64,000 nucleotides of DNA from a virus, in IMG/VR virus record IMGVR_UViG_3300028844_004047, positions 16,350 through 80,349 of that record, one strand, 5' to 3'. The notes below the pieces were generated by a model. It was given only the letters and a program-made list of their open reading frames with translations. It was not told where the DNA came from and ran no database searches. Below are positions 39,256 to 48,593 of the stretch, piece by piece (position 1 is the stretch's first letter; every line of letters starts with the position of its first letter). The translations under genes were made by a program, and so were the position numbers.

Positions 39256-39483
39256 ATGAAAATTTGGGAAATAACATCAATAGACGACAGTGTAACCGAA
39301 GACGCAACACCGGGTGCTACAGATAGTGGTGCAATGGCTGGAGCGGCTGTGGCATTTCCATTGTTTGGCGATCCTAAAAAGGCTCGTAAAGCAGTAGATC
39401 CATACGGATATACAACGCCTAAGGGTAAAAAGAAGACTAAATTCCCACCATACACTAAAAAAGTTAAATCAATATTCGCATAA
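39256..39483 (+). CDS. Small late protein
   Basis: Late promoter 39243; MKIWEI...TEDATPGAT.SG. Confidence 0.7.
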   Translation: MKIWEITSIDDSVTEDATPGATDSGAMAGAAVAFPLFGDPKKARKAVDPYGYTTPKGKKKTKFPPYTKKVKSIFA

Positions 39484-39589
39484 TCCACTGTTTAAGTATA
39501 GTGTATTAATGTCTATTGGTGTTAATATAAGATAGTTTATTTGTTCATAAAGAATAAATACAACATAGTACAAAGAAATTGGAGTTATT

Positions 39590-39934
39590 ATGAGAGCAAA
39601 ACACTTTAAAAAGAAAATTAATGAAGATGTGTCCTCTGACGCCAAATTAATGGAATTAGACCACGAAGTAAACATGGCAAAAAGCGATTTGTATAAAATC
39701 GCCAAGTATGCTATTGAACTTCATAAAATCTTACAAAATGTATCCGAAGAACAAGGCCTTGAAGGCTGGGTACAGGCAAAAATTACAAAATCGGCAGATT
39801 ATATGAGTAGTGTTAAACACCACTTAGAATACAAGGAACCAGGTGATGATGTTCAAATCGTTGCGGTACCTGCCGAACAACCTCAGGCTGAGATGCCAGC
39901 AATTCAACCACAAGAGTCAATCAAGGAAGAGTAA
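39590..39934 (+). CDS. Hypothetical late protein
   Basis: Late promoter 39553; DHEVNMAKSDLY...LEGWVQAKITKSADY. Confidence 0.75.
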   Translation: MRAKHFKKKINEDVSSDAKLMELDHEVNMAKSDLYKIAKYAIELHKILQNVSEEQGLEGWVQAKITKSADYMSSVKHHLEYKEPGDDVQIVAVPAEQPQAEMPAIQPQESIKEE

Positions 39935-39935
39935 T

Positions 39936-40679
39936 ATGTCAGAAGATTTTGCAACACTAGTATCTAAACTTAATGAAATGTCAGAAGATAATTATCAAAA
40001 AGAAGAAGAAGTAACAAAAGAAGTTGTTACTGAATCTGCAAATGATATGCGTGGCATATTAGACAAGTTTAATACAGTTACAGAATCTAACATATTAGCA
40101 CAAAAAGGCAATGTCAAAATGGTAATGACTGAAAGTCATACAGACCATTTTAACGTTGATGTTATGATCGATGATGATGTTGTTGCTAGTGGTCAATATG
40201 ACAGACTAGATAATGCATATACAATCGATAGCGATGACTTTACTAGTGCTGACGAAGTATTAGAAGCATTCGCACAAACGGCACATGAAGAAGGCAAAGA
40301 GTTTAAAGAATCAGAAGTTGTAGCAGAAGCAACACCTGATGAAGCCTATGTTCATAATATGTTTGAAAAAGCATCAGCAATGATTAATTCATTGGAAAAA
40401 GTATTTAGACAAGATGGTTTAATGATGAAGAAGATTGATGCTATTGGTGGTGACACTAGTTGTTGCAATCGTATAGCAGAAGCTCTGTCAGATGCATATG
40501 AATCATTAGAAGATGGTCACTATGATGCAATGGCACATATTCATAACGAAAGTAAATTAAAAGCAGAACTAGAGGCGGCTTTAAATGAAGAGCCTGTAGA
40601 AGAAGAAAAGAAAAACTGCGGTTGCGGACAAGATCCGTGTGTAACATACGGTGAGGAAAAAAGCAATGAAAGTGAATGA
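39936..40679 (+). CDS. Acidic late protein (track start 39843; likely start 39936)
   Basis: AAGGA RBS before ATG 39936; many xTE/xNE sites; NCGCGQDPCVTYG module. Confidence 0.7.
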   Translation: MSEDFATLVSKLNEMSEDNYQKEEEVTKEVVTESANDMRGILDKFNTVTESNILAQKGNVKMVMTESHTDHFNVDVMIDDDVVASGQYDRLDNAYTIDSDDFTSADEVLEAFAQTAHEEGKEFKESEVVAEATPDEAYVHNMFEKASAMINSLEKVFRQDGLMMKKIDAIGGDTSCCNRIAEALSDAYESLEDGHYDAMAHIHNESKLKAELEAALNEEPVEEEKKNCGCGQDPCVTYGEEKSNESE

Positions 40680-43426
40680 TATCAATTCTAATAAATTAGA
40701 ATCTCGTAAATTTTATAGTGAAGAAGAACTAGCAGAATTATTTGGTATAGGTAAAAAAGAAACACCTGTTAAACAAAGTGATGCTTTTAAAGTTTTACAA
40801 AATATTGAAATGAGAAAATCAGGAACACATCCTGTAAAATTCAGTGATGGTTACACAGTTGATATTGATCCAATAATTGCAAAAAAAATTAATGCCTGGG
40901 TAGCAAAAAGAGATAAGAAAGATCAAGCAGGTGCAGAAGGTTTAGTACGCAGTTGGGAAGGCTTTCAAAAGATTGCTAAAGTATTAGGTATACAAGATAA
41001 ACTTCCAGTTCCAAGAACTGTTGAAGATACCAATGAATCAGAAAAGCGTTGGAAACAAACTAGTATGTCTCCAGCAGAAGCAGAAAAAGAATACGGTAAA
41101 GAAAACGTAAAAGTTAAAAAAGGTGCATTGCGTAATGGCGATGACATGGTAGAAGTATTTGTTGAAGATACAAACGAAGAATTAAATGCTATTTTATCAT
41201 TAGCAGGTATTAGCACAATGACACCAGTACAGGCGATTGTTGCAGAATCTAAAGAAGAAGTAACAGAAATGAACAAGTATGGTATTTCGGCTGTACATAA
41301 AGGCGGAAAGTTTTATGCATTTAGACATGGTAAAATGGTCGGTGGACCTTTTGATACTATGCAAGAGTTACAAGACTTCCAACTAAAAAGTATTGAAAAC
41401 GAATCATATGATATGACACCAGGTGGTCAAGTTGAGTATGAATTTACAAAAGCAGATTTCCTTGCTAACGAAGATGAGAATATGCATACTGAAAATGCAA
41501 TGGAACTTGTAGCAAAGTTTGGTACTGAAGAAGAAATTAAACGCATGGAAATGATTATGACTGCACACAATACACGTGGTCACATTGAGCCTGCTGAACA
41601 AGAAGAACGTGATAGTTATGTTAGAAAATACTATCCAATGTTAGAAGATACTGTAGAAGAAGTAGCAAGTCCAGAAGAACAAGCACAGCCAAGCAGTGTT
41701 GCTATGGACACATTAAGATTGATTGTTACTAACAAACAAAATATGCCAGTTAAGTTTGCAGATGGTCAAATGAAAGTTGACTTATATACTGCAAGTGCTA
41801 TTACACAAGTATATGATAAAGTTAACGACGCTAATAAACAAAAGATGCTTAATATGTTAGGTACTAAAGAAGGTATGGTTAAATTAACTAACCTTGTGTT
41901 TGGTATGCTAAACAAAAAAGAAAGCATTGGTGAAGGACTAGAACAAGATTTAGTTGATATGTACAAAGGCGATGGCGAAGCAGGTCTTGCCGATTATATT
42001 ATCACACACTTAGGTGTAGATGAAAAACAATTTGAAAAAGAATTTGAAAAAGCCGGAAATGCAATGAAGTTTATTAAAAACTTCGTAGCAAAACAAAATG
42101 AAGGTAAGAGTCCACATAAAAAAGGTACTGCAAAGTATAAGAAGCATATGGCGGCAATGCACGCCGAAAGTTTAGAAATTTCCGAAGATGCATACAATCG
42201 TATTGAAGCATTTAGAGATAGCAGATTACAAGAACTATCATCTACAGAATCAGATGAGGTTAAAGGAATATTAGAAGACTTTGAAAAAGACGAAGTTAAA
42301 ATAATATTAGACAAACATGATGTTAAAAGTATAGACGATATAGAACTTGGTTCTGAAGTTTATGAAGAATTATTTGCATATTATATGGATTCAGGTGAAA
42401 TGCCATACGGTGTAATGAAAGCCAGAACTGGTATGCCAGATGAATGGATTGCAGATAGATTAGACGATTTAGGTCTTTTAGAGCAAAACATTGAAAGCAA
42501 TAACGTATTTAATAATTTACAAGATGTAAAAAGAACAAGTGAAGGTGAAGAGAACATGGCACAAGCAAAGGCTATGAGAGGTTCACAGTTTACAGATAAA
42601 CAAATTAAAATGGCATTTGGTATTTTAAACGATCCAAAGTTTAAAGGTGGTAACTATAGTGGAGCAGTTGAAGTTATTAACAAAGTTGCACCAGGTTTAG
42701 CAGATCATCCATCAGTAGAGTGAATGCTGTGATGCTCCATTAGACAATTATCAAAACGAATTAGGTATTTGTAGTGATTGTGGAGAACACGCCGGTGCTC
42801 ATAATGTTGATGAATCAGTTGATATCAATACAGGAAAACCAGTACCTAAAACTAATTTTATGGGCGTTAATGTAAGAAGTAAAGAAGATAGAATTAGAGA
42901 TAAAGAAACACAAATTGCACTAGCAAAACGTAACGCACCTAAAAGTGGATTGAAAGCAAAAGATGTTCCACAGTTAGAAAAAGAACTTGCTGATCTTAAA
43001 AATGAAGGGTATGCAAGATTACCTGATATGCCTGAGAAGTATGTAGCAAGAGATGGACTAGAAGGTCCTATTATGACACGTTCAGGTAAAGTTGTTTACT
43101 ACGATAACGTAGAAGGCAAATACTATGATCCAGACACAGATATGTATTTGACATACGATGAATGGAAAGCATATGATTTCATAGGCTGGCAATTACCAAT
43201 TAAACAAGAAGACGAAGTTATGGAAGAAAAATTAACTGTAACAATGGCAGACATGAAGTTAAACACTAAAGCATATCAAAATCTTTTAAAAGGCGACGAA
43301 AAGTATATTGCTGATAAAGAATTGATGAAACACATTTTAGCAAATGGCGGTAGAGAAAAATTAGCCGCAAGTTGCAATTATGAAAGTGCTGAATTAGACC
43401 GTTTAAAGCATCTGTCAGGATTGTAA
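40666..43426 (+). pseudogene. Large acidic modular late protein broken at about 42718-42723 (ORFs 40651..42723 and 42860..43426)
   Basis: First ORF stops at ..LADHPSVE*; a second frame opening at about 42719 (SECCDAPLDNYQNELGICSDCGEH...) runs without a stop into 42860..43426. Confidence 0.6.
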
Positions 43427-43430
43427 TAGA

Positions 43431-43625
43431 ATGTCCTTTAAGGACACAAACTACGCCGCCTTAGATTATTGTCAAAATTGCGGACATGGATCACATTGCG
43501 GAGGTTCTTTATGGAAAGAAGTAATAGACTATCCGTCCGAACAACCAAAAGAATACAGACAAATAGAAGTTTGTAAACATTGTAGATGTAAAAAATGCTT
43601 AACGAACGACAACAAAGTATCTTAA
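43431..43625 (+). CDS. Small Zn-finger-like protein
   Basis: CQNCGHGSHCG...VCKHCRCKKC. Confidence 0.7.
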   Translation: MSFKDTNYAALDYCQNCGHGSHCGGSLWKEVIDYPSEQPKEYRQIEVCKHCRCKKCLTNDNKVS

Positions 43626-44253
43626 ACAAAACTTCTCCTACACTCATCATTAAAAATTTTATATCTGAACCAGAACAGATACACTTACTAAACATACACA
43701 AAGATAGACCAGATTCTGAAAAAGTATTTAAGAATACAGGTCCTATTGCTAGTAAGTTACCACATAAAGACGACGGACACTTCCAAAATATAATGAGTAG
43801 AGTTGAAGACGTACTTCGTACAAAAGTAAAACCATTCGGTGGTAATTACTTCACTGTACGACATCCACATATACTACACAATGATGTACCACACGACCAT
43901 AATATTATACCTGGTAAGTGTATAGTATTACCATTGGAAAAAGTATATACAAAATATCAATTTCCTATGTTAGATGACGCACAGTTTTATATCTTTGATC
44001 AAATGTATTTTGATCGTCCAGTTAAACATATGAAGATGTTTATAACTTACATGAAGACAATAGACTACCTGACACAAAAACAGGACATATGAAAGATGAG
44101 TGGCTAGAAGGATTTAGTGTTGAATCTGCTTGTAATTGGGTACCAGGTGATGCTATTATATTTGATTGTGCTAGACTACATTGTGCTAGTAACTTTATGG
44201 ATAATGGTATAGAAGAAAAAACCGGATTAAGTATCTTTACGGAGTATGCATAA
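43595..44253 (+). pseudogene. 2OG-Fe(II)-oxygenase-like gene with a frame break near 44026
   Basis: N-half has P.ILHND; the -1 frame 44026..44253 encodes ..WLEGFSVE...WVPGDAIIFDCARLHCASNF...KTGLSIFT and its TAA overlaps the next ATG. Confidence 0.65.
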
Positions 44254-44963
44254 TGATATTCACGTTTGGAGATAGTTGGACTGCAAAATGGCAAAGTTAT
44301 AAACCATGGCCCGCACTATTAGATAAACCAAGTAAAAACTTCGCCGCGGCTGGTTCTAGTAATAAACAAATACTTGACCAAGTATGCGAAGCAAGTTTAG
44401 ATTATCCAGACGAAGACGTAGAAGCAATTATAGTTGCATTTACAAGTATCAATAGAATGACTGTTAATATTAGTGTTAACAGTGAATTGTGTATATCAGA
44501 CCATCCAGATCCTTGGTATGCAGATGTACAACAAAGAGTATTTGATGATGGAGTAACATTAAAAAATGTTATGGAATATTCATTATACAACTTTCACGCA
44601 ATTGAATGCGTGGCAAAACAAACTTGGGATTGTGACGTGTATTTTATACCTGTCTTTGAAGATGACGATTATTGGAGGAAACAAGAACCTTTTTTACAAT
44701 ACAGCCTAATAAACTTATTGCACTTTGAAGAAAAGCAAAAGTATTTCATGTATAACTGTCCTGTGTATGAATTAGGGTATATGCAAGATCCTAATGAACT
44801 TGGACAAGCATGGTTAGATAAGAACTGTGATAGTAATTGGCGTAAAGCACACTTTGAAAGAAGTGATTATACTTTAAATAGTAACTTATTTGACAATACA
44901 CAACACCCTAATCAACGAGGACACGAGATACTAGCAAATTATTTTAATAAAGTTTTGAGCTAA
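44253..44963 (+). CDS. SGNH/GDSL hydrolase-like protein
   Basis: FTFGDSWT, NFAAAGSSN, HPNQRGHEILA. Confidence 0.75.
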   Translation: MIFTFGDSWTAKWQSYKPWPALLDKPSKNFAAAGSSNKQILDQVCEASLDYPDEDVEAIIVAFTSINRMTVNISVNSELCISDHPDPWYADVQQRVFDDGVTLKNVMEYSLYNFHAIECVAKQTWDCDVYFIPVFEDDDYWRKQEPFLQYSLINLLHFEEKQKYFMYNCPVYELGYMQDPNELGQAWLDKNCDSNWRKAHFERSDYTLNSNLFDNTQHPNQRGHEILANYFNKVLS

Positions 44964-44971
44964 ATACTAAT

Positions 44972-45547
44972 ATGAAATACAAAGATATATTACCAGTCAA
45001 CGAAGGTGTACAATATCACCAAACAAATAAGATCCCGCTTCACGAATCAATTTTTCGTTTAGGCAGTGACGAATACTTTCAAATGTTTAGAGATGCAAGG
45101 AAACTATATGCAGAAGGTAAGTTAAAAGACTTACATCCATATGATGAAGAAATACTTCGCGATACATTGCTTGGAGAGTGGGAACAGTTAAGAGTAGGTA
45201 ATGTGCCTTTGGATATGATTATCAGCGAAGAGAATCATCAAGCATTCTTAGAAGCAGAGTATCAAGGCAAAAAAGTAAGTTTAAATAAACCTAAACGTGG
45301 TGGCAGTAAAAAGTTTTATGTGTATACAAAAAACAAAAAAGGCAATGTTATTAAAGTATCCTTTGGTGCCGACAGCGGTGGCGGAAAATTAGCAGTTAAG
45401 TTAAGAGATCCAAAAGCAAGAAAAGCCTTTGCAGATAGACATAATTGTGATCAAAAGAACGACAAAACTAAAGCAGGTTATTGGAGTTGCCGTTTACCAC
45501 GTTATGCAAAAAGTTTAGGATTAAGTGGTGGCGGAACTTGGTGGTAA
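44972..45547 (+). CDS. Late protein with basic C-terminal domain
   Basis: Late promoter 44959; EAEYQGKKVSLNKP..KKFYVY..VSFG...RKAF..RHNC..K.KAGYWSC. Confidence 0.75.
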   Translation: MKYKDILPVNEGVQYHQTNKIPLHESIFRLGSDEYFQMFRDARKLYAEGKLKDLHPYDEEILRDTLLGEWEQLRVGNVPLDMIISEENHQAFLEAEYQGKKVSLNKPKRGGSKKFYVYTKNKKGNVIKVSFGADSGGGKLAVKLRDPKARKAFADRHNCDQKNDKTKAGYWSCRLPRYAKSLGLSGGGTWW

Positions 45548-45815
45548 TGCTTTTCCTTTTGTAGAGGAAAACCTTTCAAAAAATAGACGAATTAGAATGT
45601 TCCCAGAAACTGTTTGGGAAGAAGATTTAGTGTGGCACAGAGATGCTGAAGACCGTACTATTAAAGTTATTAGTAGCAATGGTTGGAAATTGCAAATGGA
45701 CAATGAACTGCCTAAGGACTTAATAATAGGCGAATCGCATTTTATTCCTAAAAAAGAGTATCATAGGGTAATCAAAGGCGAAGGTGAATTGATTGTAGAA
45801 ATAGTATCTGATTAA
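45525..45815 (+). CDS. Small cupin-like protein
   Basis: LVWHRDAEDR..GWKLQMDNELP..IPKKEYHRVIKG. Confidence 0.65.
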   Translation: MVAELGGNAFPFVEENLSKNRRIRMFPETVWEEDLVWHRDAEDRTIKVISSNGWKLQMDNELPKDLIIGESHFIPKKEYHRVIKGEGELIVEIVSD

Positions 45816-45845
45816 GATAAATAGTTTATATTATAGGAATACACA

Positions 45846-46910
45846 ATGAGAGCAAGACAGTTTTTAAAAGAATATACAGATTTAAGTACTGCTAAAGCAG
45901 AAATACTTAAAAGTATCAATGCCATTGACCCGGACACAAAAGATGAAGATGCCCGTGCAAAAGCAGAAAAAGTATTAGATAAGATTTACACTGTTCTTAA
46001 TAAAAACTCAGTGCTAGACAGATTCACATCAGTACTACCATCCATACTTAAAGATGAATACAACGATACGCAGATAATGAAAATTGCCGGTGAAATTGCG
46101 AAGGCGCCATTATCCTATGCTGAAAAAATGAAGTTCACAGAAAATCTAGCAAGTAATAAAGTAATCAATGCCAAAGTATTAGTAACACCAGGTACATATA
46201 CTATTGATAAATTATGTTATGATAGTTCACTTAACAAAGAAGTATTTTTACATTTAAGAAGTTACGGTGTTGGACAACAAATGAAAGGTCCAATGGAACA
46301 CGCATTGGCAATTTTAAGTTCAGGTATTAGTATTAAAGGTAAAGGTGATGTTACAGTAGGTACTACTCCTGTAGAAGTTAAAGCGGCAATTGGTGAGAAA
46401 AAAGGTTCAGGCGGTGGACGTTTTGGTGAAGCCGGTGAAGTTCCAGGTAGAGAGGCTATGATTGCCATCATACAATCATACGAATGGTTAGCAGGTCCTG
46501 TTAATGAATACCTAGAAGGACAAGCAAGTCTAAACGTTGAGAATTTTACAAAAATTGTTAATGCCACAGGTGCAGAACCGAGTGAACGTAAAAAACTTGG
46601 TGATGAGATATTTGGCAAAATCTTCCCAGGCAAGTCAGGACAAATTGTTTCAGTATTCCAAAATAAAAACGCAGACCCCAATGAAGTTAGAAAAGCATAT
46701 ATCAAAGCAAACTTTGATTGGTACAAAGATTCAGACATGGGCGGTGCTTGGCAAGTACTAGTAGGAATTAGTATGGCAGATAACTCCGTGGGAGTTATGA
46801 AGGATTCTAGCGATTTCGATAAAGTTGCTACTGCTAAAAAGAACCCAGCAATCATTACCACTGGTAAACCAATGGAAATGTTATTCCAATTTAATCCAAA
46901 ATTATCATAA
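45846..46910 (+). CDS. Late protein with putative PD-(D/E)XK nuclease-like domain
   Basis: KGPMEHALAILS...KGDVTVGTTPVEVKA...GGR; late promoter 45816. Confidence 0.55.
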   Translation: MRARQFLKEYTDLSTAKAEILKSINAIDPDTKDEDARAKAEKVLDKIYTVLNKNSVLDRFTSVLPSILKDEYNDTQIMKIAGEIAKAPLSYAEKMKFTENLASNKVINAKVLVTPGTYTIDKLCYDSSLNKEVFLHLRSYGVGQQMKGPMEHALAILSSGISIKGKGDVTVGTTPVEVKAAIGEKKGSGGGRFGEAGEVPGREAMIAIIQSYEWLAGPVNEYLEGQASLNVENFTKIVNATGAEPSERKKLGDEIFGKIFPGKSGQIVSVFQNKNADPNEVRKAYIKANFDWYKDSDMGGAWQVLVGISMADNSVGVMKDSSDFDKVATAKKNPAIITTGKPMEMLFQFNPKLS

Positions 46911-46917
46911 TTATAGG

Positions 46918-46946
46918 TTGACAACCAGTCAACAATATTGTATTAT
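46918..46946 (+). promoter_or_regulatory. sigma70-type early promoter
   Basis: TTGACA-17nt-TATTAT. Confidence 0.7.
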
Positions 46947-46989
46947 AGTAACAATATATCAATAATATCCAACGGATAAAGGAGTTCAA

Positions 46990-47268
46990 ATGAGTGCAGA
47001 TAAAGTATTCAATCCTGAAGAAAAAGCAAAATTGACTCAGGTAATTAATGAAGGCATTAGTGTAATGCAAGAAGTTGAAGATCTAAACGAAGGTCTTTCG
47101 GATACTGTTAAAGCGATTGCAGAAGAAATGCAAATCAAACCAGCAGTATTAAAAAAAGCAATCAGAACAGCCCACAAAGGAAACTTTCAAGAGAATGCAG
47201 ATGACTATGGTAGCATGGAGAATATCCTTGCAACAGTAGGAAAAATTGGCACCACTGGATCTAACTAG
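46990..47268 (+). CDS. dsDNA-binding protein (T4 DsbA/GapR-like)
   Basis: EVEDLNEGLSDTVKAIAEEMQIKPAVLKKAIR helical pattern. Confidence 0.65.
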   Translation: MSADKVFNPEEKAKLTQVINEGISVMQEVEDLNEGLSDTVKAIAEEMQIKPAVLKKAIRTAHKGNFQENADDYGSMENILATVGKIGTTGSN

Positions 47269-47549
47269 TGGAAAAGATTAAAGCATTTTGGGTAAATTCA
47301 TACAAAAGCGATAAAACGGCTTTTGGATTTGAATTAGTAAGTTTTGTGTTTACAGTTGGCGCAAGTTTAACTTTGGCTTTTAATGCCAGAGATCCTAATA
47401 TGCTAATTGTATATCCTGGATTTTTCGTTGGATCATTAACACAATGTTATGCAAGTGTTCGCAGAGGAGCGGCTTGGGTAACAGTATTAACATTCTACTT
47501 TAGTTGTGTAAACGTATTTGGATACGGTATCGCGGCAGGGTGGTGGTAA
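47268..47549 (+). CDS. Small three-TM membrane protein
   Basis: Hydrophobic; GTG start coupled to the upstream stop. Confidence 0.7.
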   Translation: MEKIKAFWVNSYKSDKTAFGFELVSFVFTVGASLTLAFNARDPNMLIVYPGFFVGSLTQCYASVRRGAAWVTVLTFYFSCVNVFGYGIAAGWW

Positions 47550-47565
47550 CAAATAGAGGACATTT

Positions 47566-48108
47566 ATGAAAGAAGGATTTAGAATCCCTTTAACTAAATT
47601 TAAAGTCAGACAAGGTGATGTTGTTTTAGAACAAGGTTGTAGTTTTGATGAAGGTGAATGGATTGAAACAACTACAGACGATTACTTTAAAGATAAACGT
47701 GTAGTATTGTTTAGTTTACCTGGAGCATTTACTCCAACGTGTACTAGTACACAGTTACCAAGTTTTGAAGAAAACTACGAAGACATTAAGAAAATGGGCA
47801 TCGATGAAATTTATTGTTGTTCAGTAAATGATACATTTGTAATGAATGCTTGGGCAGAAGTACTAGGTATTAAAAATGTAAAAGTTATTCCAGACGGTAG
47901 TGGAAACTTTACACGTTTTATGGGTATGCTTATTGGCAAAAACCATAGAGGGTTTGGAAACAGAAGTTGGCGTTATATGGCTATCATCAACGACGGAGTT
48001 GTTGAAAAATGGTGGCAAGAGCCCGGTATTAACAATGATGGAACAGATGATGATCCATATATTGAAACAACACCAGAGAACGCAATAGAATATCTTAAGG
48101 CACAATAA
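47566..48108 (+). CDS. Peroxiredoxin (Prx5/AhpC-TSA family)
   Basis: FSLPGAFTPTCTS.QLP, SVNDTFVMNAW, PDGSGNFT, RSWRY. Confidence 0.93.
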   Translation: MKEGFRIPLTKFKVRQGDVVLEQGCSFDEGEWIETTTDDYFKDKRVVLFSLPGAFTPTCTSTQLPSFEENYEDIKKMGIDEIYCCSVNDTFVMNAWAEVLGIKNVKVIPDGSGNFTRFMGMLIGKNHRGFGNRSWRYMAIINDGVVEKWWQEPGINNDGTDDDPYIETTPENAIEYLKAQ

Positions 48109-48112
48109 TTGT

Positions 48113-48134
48113 ATAGGGGTAAAAACACCCCTAT
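48113..48134 (+). terminator. Hairpin after peroxiredoxin
   Basis: ATAGGGGT-AAAAAC-ACCCCTAT; no U-run. Confidence 0.5.
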
Positions 48135-48148
48135 CACTCAGGCATATT

Positions 48149-48325
48149 ATGGCAGAATATTATAAGGCAGAAGTAACAAGAGGCACACAAAAAGCAACAA
48201 TTTATTTGTATGAAGAAACATATCCAAAAATAATGGAAACGGTTGACATTTTATACAAAGATGCTAAAATGGATGCAGTTGTACTAGAAATGGTAGATAA
48301 AAATGAATACGACAGAAACCGCTAA
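48149..48325 (+). CDS. Small hypothetical protein (58 aa)
   Basis: MAEYYKAEVTRGTQKATIYLYEE...; fills the intergenic gap. Confidence 0.5.
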   Translation: MAEYYKAEVTRGTQKATIYLYEETYPKIMETVDILYKDAKMDAVVLEMVDKNEYDRNR

Positions 48326-48548
48326 ACCACATCAGTGGATAGCATGGACCGGAACTGCAATATTATTAATTGCGGCTACAATGGCAAGTTTTAATTTATA
48401 TCCATGGTACAGTTATGCATTTACACTAGCAAATGCAATTTGGGTACTAGTAGGTATACTATGGAAAGAAAAGAGTTTAATTGTATTAAACGCAGGACTT
48501 ACTGTAATATATATCGTAGGCATAATTGAAAATTTCATCGCTCAATAG
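48303..48548 (+). CDS. Small three-TM membrane protein (DUF6552-like)
   Basis: W.GT.ILL.AA..ASFNLYP...W..VG.LWKEKSLIVLN. Confidence 0.7.
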   Translation: MNTTETAKPHQWIAWTGTAILLIAATMASFNLYPWYSYAFTLANAIWVLVGILWKEKSLIVLNAGLTVIYIVGIIENFIAQ

Positions 48549-48593
48549 AGCAAGTAACAAGGCTAGGTTGGCCATAACAACTAGGAAAAATAT

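Noticed and set aside
44021-44027. GTTAAAC as a programmed -1 frameshift site
   Set aside because: The heptamer is not in the X XXY YYZ register of the upstream frame (codons are GTT AAA CAT); a deletion or assembly error is more likely.
46262-46924. 220-aa minus-strand ORF (similar ones at 54677..55207, 36637..37002, 49988..50323)
   Set aside because: Codon-aligned antisense shadows of + strand genes; no independent coding signals.
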